DNA from: Escherichia coli
GTDB taxonomy: Bacteria; Pseudomonadota; Gammaproteobacteria; Enterobacterales; Enterobacteriaceae
Assembly: GCF_048403405.1 (NCBI RefSeq)
Contig: NZ_CP183129.1
Strand: one strand, 5' to 3'
DNA length: 64,000 bases
The notes under the pieces were generated by a model. The model ran no database searches and was not told the origin of the DNA. It was given only the letters and a program-made list of their open reading frames with translations. The number at the start of each line of letters is the position of its first letter. Within the stretch, counting starts at the first letter, position 1. A program made the translations under genes and the position numbers. Of this stretch, positions 9,526 through 20,990 are shown in pieces.

Positions 9526-10191
9526 TTAACGATTGTATTGCTGGTATAAAATAGCAATATTTTGTTGCATAATTTCAGCAAGACAATGTCTGCATCCCTC
9601 TTTGTCTTTTGCTTTTAACGCGGCGAGTAATAGACGATAGTTTTCTATACGTTCCCGTAATTCCGCTGGATTAATCGCTTCATAAAGATAATGTAAACCA
9701 GGTCCCATCCTGACCCACAGTTGCTCAATCATCTCACACAGGATGGGCATATTTGAACGATGATAAATTGCTAAGCGAAATAGCCTGTTCGCATTAATGA
9801 TTTGTTCCATGTCGCCCTTTTCTTGCGCCTGCTGTAATTTCTCGAGCAATTCCTCGAGTTCCGCCAGGTCTTGCGAGGTGAGGTTTTCAACAGCCAGAGT
9901 AACTGCCATTAATTCCAGCTCGTAGCGGATCCGATTGATTTCGTCTAATTGACGTTTCCCCACTTCCGGAACTGTAAATGCTTGCGCTGGTGCGACAGAA
10001 AGCGCATTCACCGAAACCAGACGTAATAATGCTTCACGCACAGGTGTAATACTCATACCTAATTGCTCCGCCAGATTTTTAGTAATCAGGCGTGCGCCAG
10101 GTTTTAGTGCGCCAATACTAAGCTGATGTTTCAGGTCATTCTCAACCTGCAGAGTCAAACTGACATGTTTCATTTTTTCCGTTCCAGGCAT
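9526..10191 (-). CDS. mcbR: GntR/FadR-family transcriptional regulator McbR (YncC)
   Basis: Track ORF 9526..10248 trimmed to ATG 10191 (MPGTEKMKHVSLTLQVEN..), 221 aa; N-terminal winged HTH; K-12 synteny. Confidence 0.9.
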   Translation of the reverse strand: MPGTEKMKHVSLTLQVENDLKHQLSIGALKPGARLITKNLAEQLGMSITPVREALLRLVSVNALSVAPAQAFTVPEVGKRQLDEINRIRYELELMAVTLAVENLTSQDLAELEELLEKLQQAQEKGDMEQIINANRLFRLAIYHRSNMPILCEMIEQLWVRMGPGLHYLYEAINPAELRERIENYRLLLAALKAKDKEGCRHCLAEIMQQNIAILYQQYNR

Positions 10192-10388
10192 TTTAATTCC
10201 TTCGCGTGTTTTCTGTCCAACCCTGCCTGCATGGCAGAAGGAGTTCACCTGGGGTATTAAAGTGAATAATCATAAACCACTCACCTTTATTGTTATTAGC
10301 AGCAGAACAATGACGTAGTTAGTTAATTAAAGCTGAAAATAAGCTTTTTGCCTGGATTTTTATGGCGGCTTACGCCGCCGTCGTATCT

Positions 10389-11426
10389 TTAATCATCACC
10401 CGCCACGCGGATCACCACTTTGCCGAAGTTTTTACCCTTCAGCAGGCCGATAAATGTCTGTGGCGCATTCTCTAAACCGTCAGTAATTTCTTCGCGGTAG
10501 TGGATTTTATCCTCTTTCACCCATTGCCCCATCTCCTTCTGAAACTCATGGATGCGGTGACCATAATCCTGAGCGATAATAAATCCTTGCAAGCGAATAC
10601 GTTTTTTCAGCACCGTAGCCATCAGCAGAGGTAAACGATCCGGGCCGGGTGGTAGCTCTGTAGCGTTATAGCTGCTCACTAAGCCGCAGACGGGAATGCG
10701 CGCAGATGTATTAAGTAACGGTAGCACCGCATCAAATACTTTACCGCCCACGTTTTCATAATAGATATCAACGCCTTTTGGGCACGCTTTCGCCAGTTGT
10801 TCGGCAAAATCATCCGCGTGATGGTCAAGACAAACATCGAAGCCCTGCACCTCAGTAGCATGGCGGCATTTTTCCGCGCCACCGGCCACCCCAACCACTC
10901 TACAACCTTTAAGTTTGCCGATTTGACCCACCGTCGCCCCTACTGGTCCTGTCGCCGCAGCTACCACCAGCGTTTCGCCCTCTTTAGGCTGGCCGATATC
11001 CAGTAGGCCCATATAAGCAGTAAAGCCTGGCATCCCCAGCACACCCAGCGACCACGATGGATTTTGCGGATGATCGCCAAGTTTCACCAAATCATCACCA
11101 CTGGATATGTCATAGTCCTGCCATCCACTGTAGCCCAGCACCCAGTCGCCAGGCTGATAATCAGGATGATTCGACTCCACGACACGGCTCACCGTGCCGC
11201 CGACCATCACGCCGCCAATATCAACAGGCGGTGAATAAGATGGCTCATCGCTCATACGTCCACGCATATACGGGTCCAGGGACAAATAAACTGTGCGCAG
11301 TAACACCTGTCCTTCACCCGGTGTGGCGACATCATCTTCTTCAAGACGGAAATTCTCCGGAACCGGTGCGCCATGCGGACGCGAGGCCAGAACCCAACGG
11401 CGGTTACGCTGCTTTTGTTGCCCCAT
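10389..11426 (-). CDS. curA: NADPH-dependent curcumin/dihydrocurcumin reductase (medium-chain dehydrogenase)
   Basis: Track ORF 10389..11519 trimmed to ATG 11426 (MGQQKQRNRRWVLAS..), 345 aa; Rossmann AATGPVGATVGQ motif. Confidence 0.9.
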   Translation of the reverse strand: MGQQKQRNRRWVLASRPHGAPVPENFRLEEDDVATPGEGQVLLRTVYLSLDPYMRGRMSDEPSYSPPVDIGGVMVGGTVSRVVESNHPDYQPGDWVLGYSGWQDYDISSGDDLVKLGDHPQNPSWSLGVLGMPGFTAYMGLLDIGQPKEGETLVVAAATGPVGATVGQIGKLKGCRVVGVAGGAEKCRHATEVQGFDVCLDHHADDFAEQLAKACPKGVDIYYENVGGKVFDAVLPLLNTSARIPVCGLVSSYNATELPPGPDRLPLLMATVLKKRIRLQGFIIAQDYGHRIHEFQKEMGQWVKEDKIHYREEITDGLENAPQTFIGLLKGKNFGKVVIRVAGDD

Positions 11427-11606
11427 AATGCTCTCCTGTGCTTTTGGCATGAATCCATCAATAGTAGCAGGCTCACGGGATTGGTTTTGTTTGCAGCCGT
11501 CACATCCCCTCTGCAACACGCAATAATTTCATCGAGGAATCCGTTGCTTCGGGCTGTTTTCGATAGTATTGATAACATCATCATCATTATTTTATCGAGG
11601 CCAGAC

Positions 11607-12125
11607 ATGTCCATCCGTTTTGCCCGCAAAGCCGACTGTGCTGCCATTGCGGAAATTTATAACCACGCCGTGTTGTATACGGCGGCTATCTGGAATGACC
11701 AAACGGTGGATGCAGATAACCGCATTGCCTGGTTCGAAGCGCGGACTTTAGCAGGTTATCCGGTGCTGGTGAGTGAAGAAGATGGCGTCGTTACAGGATA
11801 TGCCTCGTTTGGCGACTGGCGTAGTTTCGATGGTTTTCGCCATACCGTGGAACATTCGGTTTATGTCCATCCCGATCATCAGGGCAAAGGTCTTGGGCGT
11901 AAATTGTTAAGCCGATTGATTGATGAAGCGCGGGATTGCGGGAAGCATGTCATGGTCGCCGGGATCGAATCGCAAAATCAGGCGTCTTTGCATCTGCACC
12001 AGTCGTTGGGATTTGTCGTCACCGCACAAATGCCGCAGGTAGGCACTAAATTTGGGCGCTGGCTGGATCTGACATTTATGCAGTTGCAACTCGACGAGCG
12101 CACTGAACCGGACGCGATTGGATGA
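11607..12125 (+). CDS. mnaT: GNAT-family L-amino acid N-acyltransferase MnaT (YncA)
   Basis: Track ORF 11373..12125 trimmed to ATG 11607 (MSIRFARKADCAAIAEIYNHAV..), 172 aa; acetyl-CoA binding motif Q/HQGKGLGRKLL. Confidence 0.9.
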   Translation: MSIRFARKADCAAIAEIYNHAVLYTAAIWNDQTVDADNRIAWFEARTLAGYPVLVSEEDGVVTGYASFGDWRSFDGFRHTVEHSVYVHPDHQGKGLGRKLLSRLIDEARDCGKHVMVAGIESQNQASLHLHQSLGFVVTAQMPQVGTKFGRWLDLTFMQLQLDERTEPDAIG

Positions 12126-12571
12126 ATCAGTCGCTTACCCTTGCTTTTTTGATTGCCGCCGGAATTGGTCTGGTAGTCCAGAACACGCTGATGGTGCGCA
12201 TCACCCAGACCTCCTCTACCATTCTCATCGCCATGTTGCTGAACTCTTTGGTAGGAATTGTGCTGTTCGTTTCTATTTTATGGTTTAAACAAGGCATGGC
12301 GGGGTTTGGCGAACTGGTGTCCAGCGTGCGCTGGTGGACACTTATACCTGGCTTGCTGGGATCGTTTTTTGTCTTCGCCAGTATCAGCGGATATCAGAAT
12401 GTGGGAGCGGCGACAACTATTGCGGCACTGGTCGCCAGCCAGCTGATTGGCGGTCTGGTGCTGGATATCTTCCGCAGCCATGGCGTACCACTACGGGCGT
12501 TGATCGGCCCAATTTGTGGCGCAATTTTACTTGTGGTTGGTGCCTGGCTGGTGGCCAGGCGCACATTTTAA
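12122..12571 (+). CDS. ydcZ: inner membrane protein YdcZ (DMT-like)
   Basis: 149 aa hydrophobic ORF; start overlaps mnaT stop by 4 nt (ATGA). Confidence 0.85.
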   Translation: MNQSLTLAFLIAAGIGLVVQNTLMVRITQTSSTILIAMLLNSLVGIVLFVSILWFKQGMAGFGELVSSVRWWTLIPGLLGSFFVFASISGYQNVGAATTIAALVASQLIGGLVLDIFRSHGVPLRALIGPICGAILLVVGAWLVARRTF

Positions 12572-12805
12572 TCAGAGGATGGTGCCACCTTTGGTTAACT
12601 GTTCGTGGCGCGCTTCCATATCTTCTTTATGCTTGCGACCGTGATGGGCGATCGCTGTGCGCAGACGCTGCTGCTGGGTGTAGCGATCTTCCCGACTTAA
12701 CTCCGCGTCATCGCTCAGGGCGATTAATAATTCGTTCATATGGGCAATGACGCTCTCTTCAATCGCGGCATCCACGCGCGCGATGACTTCATCCAGATGC
12801 GACAT
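12572..12805 (-). CDS. ydcY: small protein YdcY
   Basis: 77 aa ORF MSHLDEVIARVDAAIEES..; its stop codon directly abuts the ydcZ stop. Confidence 0.8.
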   Translation of the reverse strand: MSHLDEVIARVDAAIEESVIAHMNELLIALSDDAELSREDRYTQQQRLRTAIAHHGRKHKEDMEARHEQLTKGGTIL

Positions 12806-12890
12806 ACTTTCTCCTTAGCCACTTGTGAAATTTATCGATTCATCCAAATGATATAAGTCTGCGTGGTGCCGTCAAGCCAGTGAGTAAGAT

Positions 12891-13064
12891 TTAAAACAGT
12901 GAAAACAACAGCGCCACCGGGAAACTCATCGGCCATGTTGCCCCCACCAGAAAGGCGCTTAAGAAACGGATGCGTTTCTTATCGTGAGAAAGAAACCAGG
13001 TGATAAGAAATGCGATTGCTGCCATAACCGCATAAAAAACAAGCATGTGTTGATAGAGAGACAT
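12891..13064 (-). CDS. ortT: small membrane toxin OrtT (YdcX)
   Basis: Track ORF 12891..13139 trimmed to MSLYQHMLVFYAVMAAIAFLITWFLSHDKKRIRFLSAFLVGATWPMSFPVALLFSLF, 57 aa, two predicted TM helices. Confidence 0.75.
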   Translation of the reverse strand: MSLYQHMLVFYAVMAAIAFLITWFLSHDKKRIRFLSAFLVGATWPMSFPVALLFSLF

Positions 13065-13258
13065 GTACGGGCGTCCAGCCAGATGAATAAAACGCGCGCA
13101 AATATGCGTCATTTTTTGACGTGCATCAAGTTTTATCACCAGTTTGAGAAAAAATCATCAAACAGCAACTTGCCCTTATCCATCTTCAGAATGAGTATTA
13201 TTGCGGATTTTCTTAACCCGTACTATACACATAGGGGCAATGATAAAAGGTGGCAAAA

Positions 13259-13354
13259 ATGAATGTTTCCAGTAGAACTGTAGTACTGATAAATGTCTTT
13301 GCTGCTGTTGGTTTGTTTACTCTTATCTCTATGAGATTTGGCTGGTTTATTTGA
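13259..13354 (+). CDS. yncL: small membrane protein YncL (31 aa)
   Basis: ATG 13259..TGA 13354: MNVSSRTVVLINVFAAVGLFTLISMRFGWFI; below the ORF-track size cutoff; followed by a strong terminator. Confidence 0.75.
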   Translation: MNVSSRTVVLINVFAAVGLFTLISMRFGWFI

Positions 13355-13385
13355 TGTAGTGATTTTGCACGCAGCACGTACTGTC

Positions 13386-13420
13386 AGAGAAATCAGTGCT
13401 CTGACAGTACGCAAGATCTT
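13386..13420. terminator. bidirectional terminator between yncL and patD
   Basis: Perfect 13-bp stem CGTACTGTCAGAG / CTCTGACAGTACG with 9-nt loop. Confidence 0.7.
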
Positions 13421-13450
13421 CTCATACTCTTACGATCTGCAATATTATCC

Positions 13451-14875
13451 TTAATGTTTAACCATGACGTGGCGGACGACGGTGTAATCCTCCAGCCCAT
13501 AAAGTGACATATCCTTGCCGTAACCAGAAAGTTTCTGCCCACCGTGCGGCATTTCACTTACCAGCATGAAATGGGTATTGACCCAGGTACAACCATATTG
13601 CAGCCGCGCGCTGACGCGATGCGCCCTGCCCACATCTTTCGTCCATACCGAGGATGCAAGTCCGTACTGGCTGTCATTCGCCCAGTTCACCACCTGTTCT
13701 TCGTTGTCGAAGAGCGTAACACTCACTACCGGACCAAATACCTCTTTTTGCACGATGGCATCGTCCTGTAATGCGCCAGCCAGCAACGTCGGTGCATAGT
13801 AATAGCCATTACCCTTGCGCTTTTCACCACCGGTGATCACTTTGATGTGCCCTGTCGCTTTCGCCTCTTCTACCGCCTTGCTGACGCGTTCGAGATGCGC
13901 CAGCGAGCTTAAAGGTCCAAGCTCCGTAGACTCGTCATCCGGTGCACCCGATTTTAACGTTGCCACTGCAGCACCGAGTTTTTCCACCAGCGTATCGTAA
14001 ATACCTTTTTGCGCGTAGATCCGACAAGCCGCAGTACAATCCTGTCCGGCATTGTAATAGCCAAAAGTACGTACACCTTCGACCACCGCTTCAATATCCG
14101 CATCATCAAAAACTATCACTGGCGCTTTGCCTCCAAGTTCCATATGAGTACGCTTTATGGACGGCGCGGTATGGCTGATGATGTGCTCGCCAGTGGCGAT
14201 AGAGCCCGTCAGCGACACCATCCGTACTTTGGGATGTCCGGTCAGCGGATCTCCCACCGTTTTGCCTCTGCCAAACAGTACGTTAATCACGCCTGCCGGG
14301 AAGATATCTTTCGCCAGCTCTGCCAACTTCAACGCGGTCAGCGGGGTAATTTCTGATGGTTTAAGCACTACACAGTTCCCTGCCGCCAGCGCCGGAGCCA
14401 GTTTCCACGCGGCCATCATCAGCGGATAATTCCACGGTGCGATCGAAGCCACGACCCCCAACGGATCGCGACGGATCATCGAAGTATGACCTTCAAGATA
14501 TTCACCTGCCGCCAGACCATTCAGACAGCGCGCCGCACCAGCGAAAAAGCGAAAAACATCGACAATCGCCGGGATTTCATCATTGAACGCACTATGCAGC
14601 GGTTTGCCACAATTACGGGACTCCAGTTCGGCAAAAACCTGACCATTTTCTTCGATAACATCAGCCAGTTTCAGCAGACATTCCGCACGCACTTTCGGCG
14701 TGGTTTGCCCCCATTCGGCAAATGCTGCATCTGCCGCGCGCACAGCAGCATCGACCTGCTCTGCGGATGCCTCGGCAATCTCCAGTAAAACGTCCCCCGT
14801 TGCCGGATTATAGACAGGCTGTTTTTCCCCTTCGCCGCTAACCAGTTCTCCGTTAATCAGTAACTTATGTTGCAT
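13451..14875 (-). CDS. patD: gamma-aminobutyraldehyde dehydrogenase (YdcW/Prr)
   Basis: 474 aa aldehyde dehydrogenase; catalytic Cys region GQDCTAAC and Glu region MELGGKAP; last gene of the ydcSTUV-patD cluster. Confidence 0.93.
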   Translation of the reverse strand: MQHKLLINGELVSGEGEKQPVYNPATGDVLLEIAEASAEQVDAAVRAADAAFAEWGQTTPKVRAECLLKLADVIEENGQVFAELESRNCGKPLHSAFNDEIPAIVDVFRFFAGAARCLNGLAAGEYLEGHTSMIRRDPLGVVASIAPWNYPLMMAAWKLAPALAAGNCVVLKPSEITPLTALKLAELAKDIFPAGVINVLFGRGKTVGDPLTGHPKVRMVSLTGSIATGEHIISHTAPSIKRTHMELGGKAPVIVFDDADIEAVVEGVRTFGYYNAGQDCTAACRIYAQKGIYDTLVEKLGAAVATLKSGAPDDESTELGPLSSLAHLERVSKAVEEAKATGHIKVITGGEKRKGNGYYYAPTLLAGALQDDAIVQKEVFGPVVSVTLFDNEEQVVNWANDSQYGLASSVWTKDVGRAHRVSARLQYGCTWVNTHFMLVSEMPHGGQKLSGYGKDMSLYGLEDYTVVRHVMVKH

Positions 14876-14896
14876 AGCATATTCCTGTATCAGTGG

Positions 14897-15691
14897 TTAT
14901 TGACCATTGTCGCCTTCGCGGGTTAGCCACCAGGCCCCCAGGATCGGCAAGGTTGTTACCAACATAACCAGCAGTGCCACCACGTTGGTTACCGGTACAT
15001 CACGCGGTCGCCCAAGCTGATTGAGCAACCACAACGGTAACGTTCGTTCATGACCTGCCGTAAAGGTCGTCACGATGATTTCATCGAACGACAAGGCAAA
15101 CGCCAGCATTCCTCCTGCCAGTAACGCCGAACTGAGATTCGGCAACACTACGTAGCGGAAGGTTTGCCAGCCATTGGCCCCAAGATCCATTGACGCCTCA
15201 ACCAGACTCCACGAGGTGCGGCGAAAACGGGCGATGACATTGTTAAACACCACAACTACACAAAAAGTCGCATGACCGACCACGATGGTGAAAAATCCCG
15301 GCTCCAGATTGATGGTTTTAAAGGCGGTTAACAACGCCAGACCAGTGACAATGCCCGGCAGCGCAATGGGCAGCAGCAGTAACAGCGAAATGGCGTTTTT
15401 GCCGAAAAAGTCTCGTCGCCACAGCGCGGCAGCGGCCAGCGTCCCTAACACCAGCGCCATTAATGTCGCCAGCGCCGCCACTTTAAGTGACAGTGTCACG
15501 GCATCAAGAATATCACTACGCTGTGCTGCCACGCTAAACCAGCGCAGCGTCAGGCCCTGCGGTGGAAAACTAAACGCCGCATCTTCAGTGTTAAACGCAT
15601 AGGCGGCGATAATCAGGATGGGAAAATGTAGGAAAACCACGCCGCCCCAGGCCGCCAGTTTGAGGAAAAACGGTGCGCGTTCAGAGTGCAT
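14897..15691 (-). CDS. ydcV: ABC transporter permease YdcV
   Basis: 264 aa polytopic membrane protein, overlaps ydcU by 11 nt. Confidence 0.9.
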   Translation of the reverse strand: MHSERAPFFLKLAAWGGVVFLHFPILIIAAYAFNTEDAAFSFPPQGLTLRWFSVAAQRSDILDAVTLSLKVAALATLMALVLGTLAAAALWRRDFFGKNAISLLLLLPIALPGIVTGLALLTAFKTINLEPGFFTIVVGHATFCVVVVFNNVIARFRRTSWSLVEASMDLGANGWQTFRYVVLPNLSSALLAGGMLAFALSFDEIIVTTFTAGHERTLPLWLLNQLGRPRDVPVTNVVALLVMLVTTLPILGAWWLTREGDNGQ

Positions 15692-16622
15692 CGAACGCTC
15701 CCAGACGTTTCACGAACGCCAGGTACAGTGCGATGAGAACAATCGGCACCAGGGTGAATGCCGCCGCCATCGGCATATTGCCAATCGCTCCCTGCTGGGA
15801 ATAAACCATATTGCCGATAAAATATCCTGGAGGGCCAACCAGCTGCGGAACAATAAAATCGCCCAGTGTGAGTGAAAAGGTAAAGATAGAGCCAGCGGCA
15901 ATACCAGGGATTGCCAGCGGCAGCACCACATAGCGAAAGGTTTGCCGTGGACGCGCGCCAAGATCAGCCGACGCCTGCAACAATGACGGCGGCAAACGCT
16001 CAAGCGCCGCCTGCACGGGCAGGATCATGAACGGCAGCCAGATATAGAGAAACACCAGAAAGCGCCCCAGCCCGGAAGTTGACAGCGTATTGCCGCCCAC
16101 CGCAGGTAATGTAAGGAACGCAGTCAGCAGTGGTTCCAGCCCAAGATGTTGTAAAAACCACTGAGCCACGCCATCTTTTGCCAGCAATAACGTCCAGGCA
16201 TAGGCTTTAACAATGTAGCTCGCCCACATCGGCAACATTACCGCAATATAAAAAAACGCTTTCATTTTCCCGCTGGTATAGCGCGCCATATACCACGCCA
16301 TTGGAAAAGCCAGAATGGCGCTGGCGATAGTGACTGCCACAGCCATAGTCAGCGTGCGGAGAATGATGTCGTAATTCGCCGGATTAAACAGCGCACGGAT
16401 ATTCGCCAGCGTCAGTTCCGGCGTTACCGACATGGTGAAATCGTCAAAGGTATAAAATCCCTGCCATAACAGTGTCAGCAGCGAGCCGAAATAGACAATG
16501 CCAAACCACATTAGCGGGCCAAGCAGCAGTAAAAACAGCCCCAGCCCCGGATTACGCCAGAAGAAACCGGACACCTTACCCAGACCTGGACGTGAAGGTG
16601 ATTGCAATACATTCATCGCCAT
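15681..16622 (-). CDS. ydcU: ABC transporter permease YdcU
   Basis: 313 aa polytopic membrane protein in operon with ydcT/ydcS. Confidence 0.9.
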   Translation of the reverse strand: MAMNVLQSPSRPGLGKVSGFFWRNPGLGLFLLLLGPLMWFGIVYFGSLLTLLWQGFYTFDDFTMSVTPELTLANIRALFNPANYDIILRTLTMAVAVTIASAILAFPMAWYMARYTSGKMKAFFYIAVMLPMWASYIVKAYAWTLLLAKDGVAQWFLQHLGLEPLLTAFLTLPAVGGNTLSTSGLGRFLVFLYIWLPFMILPVQAALERLPPSLLQASADLGARPRQTFRYVVLPLAIPGIAAGSIFTFSLTLGDFIVPQLVGPPGYFIGNMVYSQQGAIGNMPMAAAFTLVPIVLIALYLAFVKRLGAFDAL

Positions 16623-17636
16623 TCACCTCTCCTCAACCAGCGGCACCATCACATCACGCGACCAGGAAACCATCACCTGTTGTCCGGGCGTGAGCGTGGC
16701 AGGCAGTTCTTCGCCTGTCATATTGGCCTGACTCACAAGCAGTTTTTCACCGCCGTTCAATTTCAGTTCAAAACGTGTTGCCGCGCCCTGATATTGCACC
16801 GCCTGGATCGTGCCATTGGTCTGCAGTTCACCAGGGGTGTTGAGGCGGATATGTTCCGGTCGCAGGGCGAAGCTTCCCGTCATGCCACAAAGTTTCTCTG
16901 CCATCAGTCCATCAAAAACGTTGGATGTCCCGACGAATCCGGCAACAAACGGCGTGCGCGGGCGCATATAGAGATCGCGCGGGGAATCGACCTGCTCAAT
17001 GCGTCCATTATTGAAAACCGCCACACGATCGGACATCGATAACGCTTCGCCCTGATCGTGGGTAACGAAGATAAAAGTGATACCGAGAGACTGTTGCAGT
17101 TTTTTCAGTTCCAGCTGCATCTGCTCACGCAATTTGAGATCCAGTGCGCCGAGCGGTTCATCCAACAGCAATACGCGCGGTTCATTCACCAATGCTCTGG
17201 CGATAGCAACCCGCTGGCGCTGACCACCAGAAAGTTGTGACGGTTTACGTTGATGTACAAACCCCAACGCCACTTTCTCCAGCGCCTCTTGCGCCATTGC
17301 GTGCCGCTGCTTTTTATTCACGCCTTTGACCATCAGCCCATAGGCGACATTGTCAAGAATCGACATATGCGGAAATAGCGCGTAGTCCTGAAAGACAGTA
17401 TTCACGTCCCGCTCCCACGGTGGCAGATTGCTGGCGGGTTTACCAAAGATAGAGATAGCCCCGCCGGAAAGCTGTTCGAAGCCAGCAATCAGGCGCAGGC
17501 AGGTGGTTTTGCCGGAGCCGGACGGCCCCAGCATAGAGAAGAACTCACCATCTTTTATCGCAATACTGACGCCATCTACTGCGCGCACGTCACCGTACAA
17601 CCGCGAGACGTTGTCAAACTCCACTGCGTACGTCAT
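16623..17636 (-). CDS. ydcT: ABC transporter ATP-binding protein YdcT
   Basis: 337 aa; Walker A GPSGSGKTT, ABC signature LSGGQRQR, Walker B LLLDEP. Confidence 0.92.
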   Translation of the reverse strand: MTYAVEFDNVSRLYGDVRAVDGVSIAIKDGEFFSMLGPSGSGKTTCLRLIAGFEQLSGGAISIFGKPASNLPPWERDVNTVFQDYALFPHMSILDNVAYGLMVKGVNKKQRHAMAQEALEKVALGFVHQRKPSQLSGGQRQRVAIARALVNEPRVLLLDEPLGALDLKLREQMQLELKKLQQSLGITFIFVTHDQGEALSMSDRVAVFNNGRIEQVDSPRDLYMRPRTPFVAGFVGTSNVFDGLMAEKLCGMTGSFALRPEHIRLNTPGELQTNGTIQAVQYQGAATRFELKLNGGEKLLVSQANMTGEELPATLTPGQQVMVSWSRDVMVPLVEER

Positions 17637-17653
17637 AAAGCACCCCAGCGAAG

Positions 17654-18799
17654 TTAGCGACCGCCCATAATGGCAATGTAATCCTGCGTCCAGCGACTGT
17701 AGGGAACAAACTTGCCCCCTTCTGCTATAGGCGTTTTCCAGAAGGCGATTTTGTCGAAATAGTTAAAACCGTTGGTTTCACAACCTTTTTCGCCTAATAA
17801 CGGACTGGCTTTACACCCTTCCGGCACTACCGGTAACGAGCCAAACCAGGCCGCCACATCGCCCTGCACTTTTGGCGTTAATGACCAGTTCATCCATTTG
17901 TAGGCGCAAACCGGATGTTTCGCTTCGCTATGCAGCATGGTGGTATCAGCCCAACCGGTAACACCCTCCTTCGGGAAAACGGTAGCAACAGGCTGGCCTT
18001 CGGCTTTCAGGGCGTTGGCCTGATAGGGCCAGGCACTGGAAGCAACCACACCCTCGTTTTTGAAATCGCTCATTTGCACGGTAGTGTCATGCCAGTAGCG
18101 ATGGATCAAACTGTGTTGAGCGCGCAGCACTTTCAGCACCGCCTGGTACTGTTCTTCGGTTAGTTGATACGGATCGCTGATGCCCAACTGCGGCTGAGTG
18201 GCTTTAACGAACAACGCAGCGTCCGCAATGTAGATAGGGCCATCATAAGCCTGAACGCGGCCTTTATTGCTCTTGCCGTCCGGCAGATTTTGCTCAACAA
18301 AAACCACTTGCCAGCTATCCGGCGGCGTCGGGAAGGTTTTAGTGTTGTACATCAGCAGGTTCGGCCCCCATTGGTAAGGTGTGCCGTAAACTTTGCCGCC
18401 AACATTAAACCAGTCGCCTTTAACCACGCGCGGATCGAGCGTTTTCCAGTTGGGAATCAAGGCGGTATTAATCGGCTGCACGCGTTTGCCCATAATCAAA
18501 CGCAGCGAGGCATCGCCGGATGCCGTAACCAGATCGTAACCCCCTTTGGTCATCAGACTGACCATTTCATCGGAAGTCGCGGCGGTTTTCACATTCACCG
18601 CGCAGCCTGTCTCTTTTTCAAATTGCGTTACCCAGTCGTATTGTTTATCAGTTTGTCCGCGTTCGATGTATCCCGGCCAGGCGATAATATCCAGTCGCCC
18701 TTCCGGTTTATCTAAATTGGTAGGTGGTTCGGCGGCGTGAGCGGTCATTATTGTCATGGTGAGCGCACACAGGCTGCTGCGGGCAAATGTCTTGCTCAT
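17654..18799 (-). CDS. ydcS: periplasmic substrate-binding protein YdcS (polyamine-type)
   Basis: 381 aa with signal peptide MSKTFARSSLCALTMTIMTAHA; first gene of the transporter operon. Confidence 0.9.
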   Translation of the reverse strand: MSKTFARSSLCALTMTIMTAHAAEPPTNLDKPEGRLDIIAWPGYIERGQTDKQYDWVTQFEKETGCAVNVKTAATSDEMVSLMTKGGYDLVTASGDASLRLIMGKRVQPINTALIPNWKTLDPRVVKGDWFNVGGKVYGTPYQWGPNLLMYNTKTFPTPPDSWQVVFVEQNLPDGKSNKGRVQAYDGPIYIADAALFVKATQPQLGISDPYQLTEEQYQAVLKVLRAQHSLIHRYWHDTTVQMSDFKNEGVVASSAWPYQANALKAEGQPVATVFPKEGVTGWADTTMLHSEAKHPVCAYKWMNWSLTPKVQGDVAAWFGSLPVVPEGCKASPLLGEKGCETNGFNYFDKIAFWKTPIAEGGKFVPYSRWTQDYIAIMGGR

Positions 18800-19043
18800 A
18801 AGGTCTTACTCCTGTCGTAATTAATTGTTCAGCCGCCGTGCCGTAAAAATATCTCCTTGTTTAACCATAGACGGCGGCTAGCAGGCACACCTTCGCCCCT
18901 GAGAAAATTTAATCAGGTTGTGAGCTACCGCGCATTATGCCGTCTGTAAGGTTATCTTCTGGAGTATAGACAAGGAGTTAGGAAATATGACTGCTATTCG
19001 AAATTCATATTACCCAACCTGAGAGGAATTTAATTAAACGCTA

Positions 19044-20450
19044 TTACAGCCGTTCTTGAATAAGTTTGCCTAATTGTTTAACCGCCTGTTCTTCACGTTC
19101 TCCCCACTGCCACGCGGTATTAAAACGGAAAAAACGTGACCAGTTTTCACCGGTAGAAAACATTTTACCCGGCGCAATACTGATATGATGCGCCAGTGCC
19201 GCCAGGCTTAATTCGCCCGCATCTAACGGTTCGGGAAGCTCCAGCCAGAGAAAATAACCGCTGTCATTATGATGAATTTTCACTTCCGCAGGCAGATAAC
19301 GCAGCAGTGCTTGCCAGGCACGTTGTTTACGTTCCGCAAGCTGGCGACGCAGGCGACGAAGATGGGCGTCGTATCGGCGCGTGGAAAGGTAATCCACCAG
19401 AGCAAGCTGCATCGGTGAGCTGGTGGAAAGCGTACTCATCAACTGCAAGCGTTGAATTTTACGTGCATGTTTTCCGGCGGCGACCCAACCAATACGAAAA
19501 CCAGGCACCAGACATTTCGAAAACGAAGAGCAATGCAAAACACCATCGTGGTGATCCCACGCTTTCGCAGGCAGCGGTTTTTCCCGTCCAAAATAAAGTT
19601 CGCTGTAAACGTCATCTTCAATCAGCGTTACGTTGTACTGATTGAGCAACGCTACCAGCCGCGCTTTTTTCTGCGGCGTTAAGGTAAATCCGAGTGGATT
19701 CTGGCTATTAGTCATCAGCCAGCACGCTTTCACCGGATACTCCTGCAACGCCAGTTCCAGCGCCTTGAGATCAATCCCTTCTTTAACGTCCGTCGCCACC
19801 GATAACGCCTTCAGCCGTAACCGCTCCAGCGCCTGCAACGCGCCGTAGAAACAAGGATTCTCTACTATCACCCAATCGCCCGGTTCAGTGACCGCTTGTA
19901 AACTGAGGTTTAATGCCTCTAACGCCCCGGCGGTAATGACAATTTCATCAGGAGAAATAGTGATGCCCTGTAAGGCATAACGACGAGCAATAGCCTGACG
20001 CAGTTCTGCGTTTCCTGGCGGTAAGTTTTCAATCACGCTCATCGCCGTGGCGGTTTTGCTTACCTGCGCCAGCGAGCGGTTTAGTTGTTGGAGGGGGAAA
20101 AGTCGCGGGTCGGGAAAGGCCGAGGCAAACGGAACTACCGACGGATCGCGACTGGCCTGCAACATATCAAAAATATAGGTGTTGATATCGACTGCTTCAT
20201 CTCGAGTGACAGGAATGACTGGCGCTTTCGGCATTTTTATTGCCTGTGGCGCAACGTAATAACCCGACTGCGGTCGAGCGATAATATGTCCCTGACTTTC
20301 GAGCAACTGATAGGCATGGCTGACAGTCATAAAGCTCATGCCAGAAAGCGCCACCTGGTCACGCAACGAAGGCAAACGATCGCCAGGTTGCCAGATACCC
20401 GACGCAATCTGCTCGCGTAATTGTTCTGCAAGCTGCTGGTATTTTTTCAT
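19044..20450 (-). CDS. ydcR: MocR-family regulator YdcR (HTH fused to PLP aminotransferase-like domain)
   Basis: 468 aa; N-terminal GntR-type HTH then aminotransferase class I fold with Lys-containing SFSKCLVPGFRIGW. Confidence 0.9.
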   Translation of the reverse strand: MKKYQQLAEQLREQIASGIWQPGDRLPSLRDQVALSGMSFMTVSHAYQLLESQGHIIARPQSGYYVAPQAIKMPKAPVIPVTRDEAVDINTYIFDMLQASRDPSVVPFASAFPDPRLFPLQQLNRSLAQVSKTATAMSVIENLPPGNAELRQAIARRYALQGITISPDEIVITAGALEALNLSLQAVTEPGDWVIVENPCFYGALQALERLRLKALSVATDVKEGIDLKALELALQEYPVKACWLMTNSQNPLGFTLTPQKKARLVALLNQYNVTLIEDDVYSELYFGREKPLPAKAWDHHDGVLHCSSFSKCLVPGFRIGWVAAGKHARKIQRLQLMSTLSTSSPMQLALVDYLSTRRYDAHLRRLRRQLAERKQRAWQALLRYLPAEVKIHHNDSGYFLWLELPEPLDAGELSLAALAHHISIAPGKMFSTGENWSRFFRFNTAWQWGEREEQAVKQLGKLIQERL

Positions 20451-20528
20451 TATCGAATCGTAATTATGTGCAGATGATTCGGCAGTCTATATCAGTTGTT
20501 AAAAATGACAACTTTTCGTTAACTGTAA

Positions 20529-20966
<438 letters not shown>

Positions 20967-20990
20967 GTCATTAACCTTTTTAATTGGCGA

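Noticed and set aside
18164-18715. 183-aa plus-strand ORF
   Set aside because: Antisense to ydcS.
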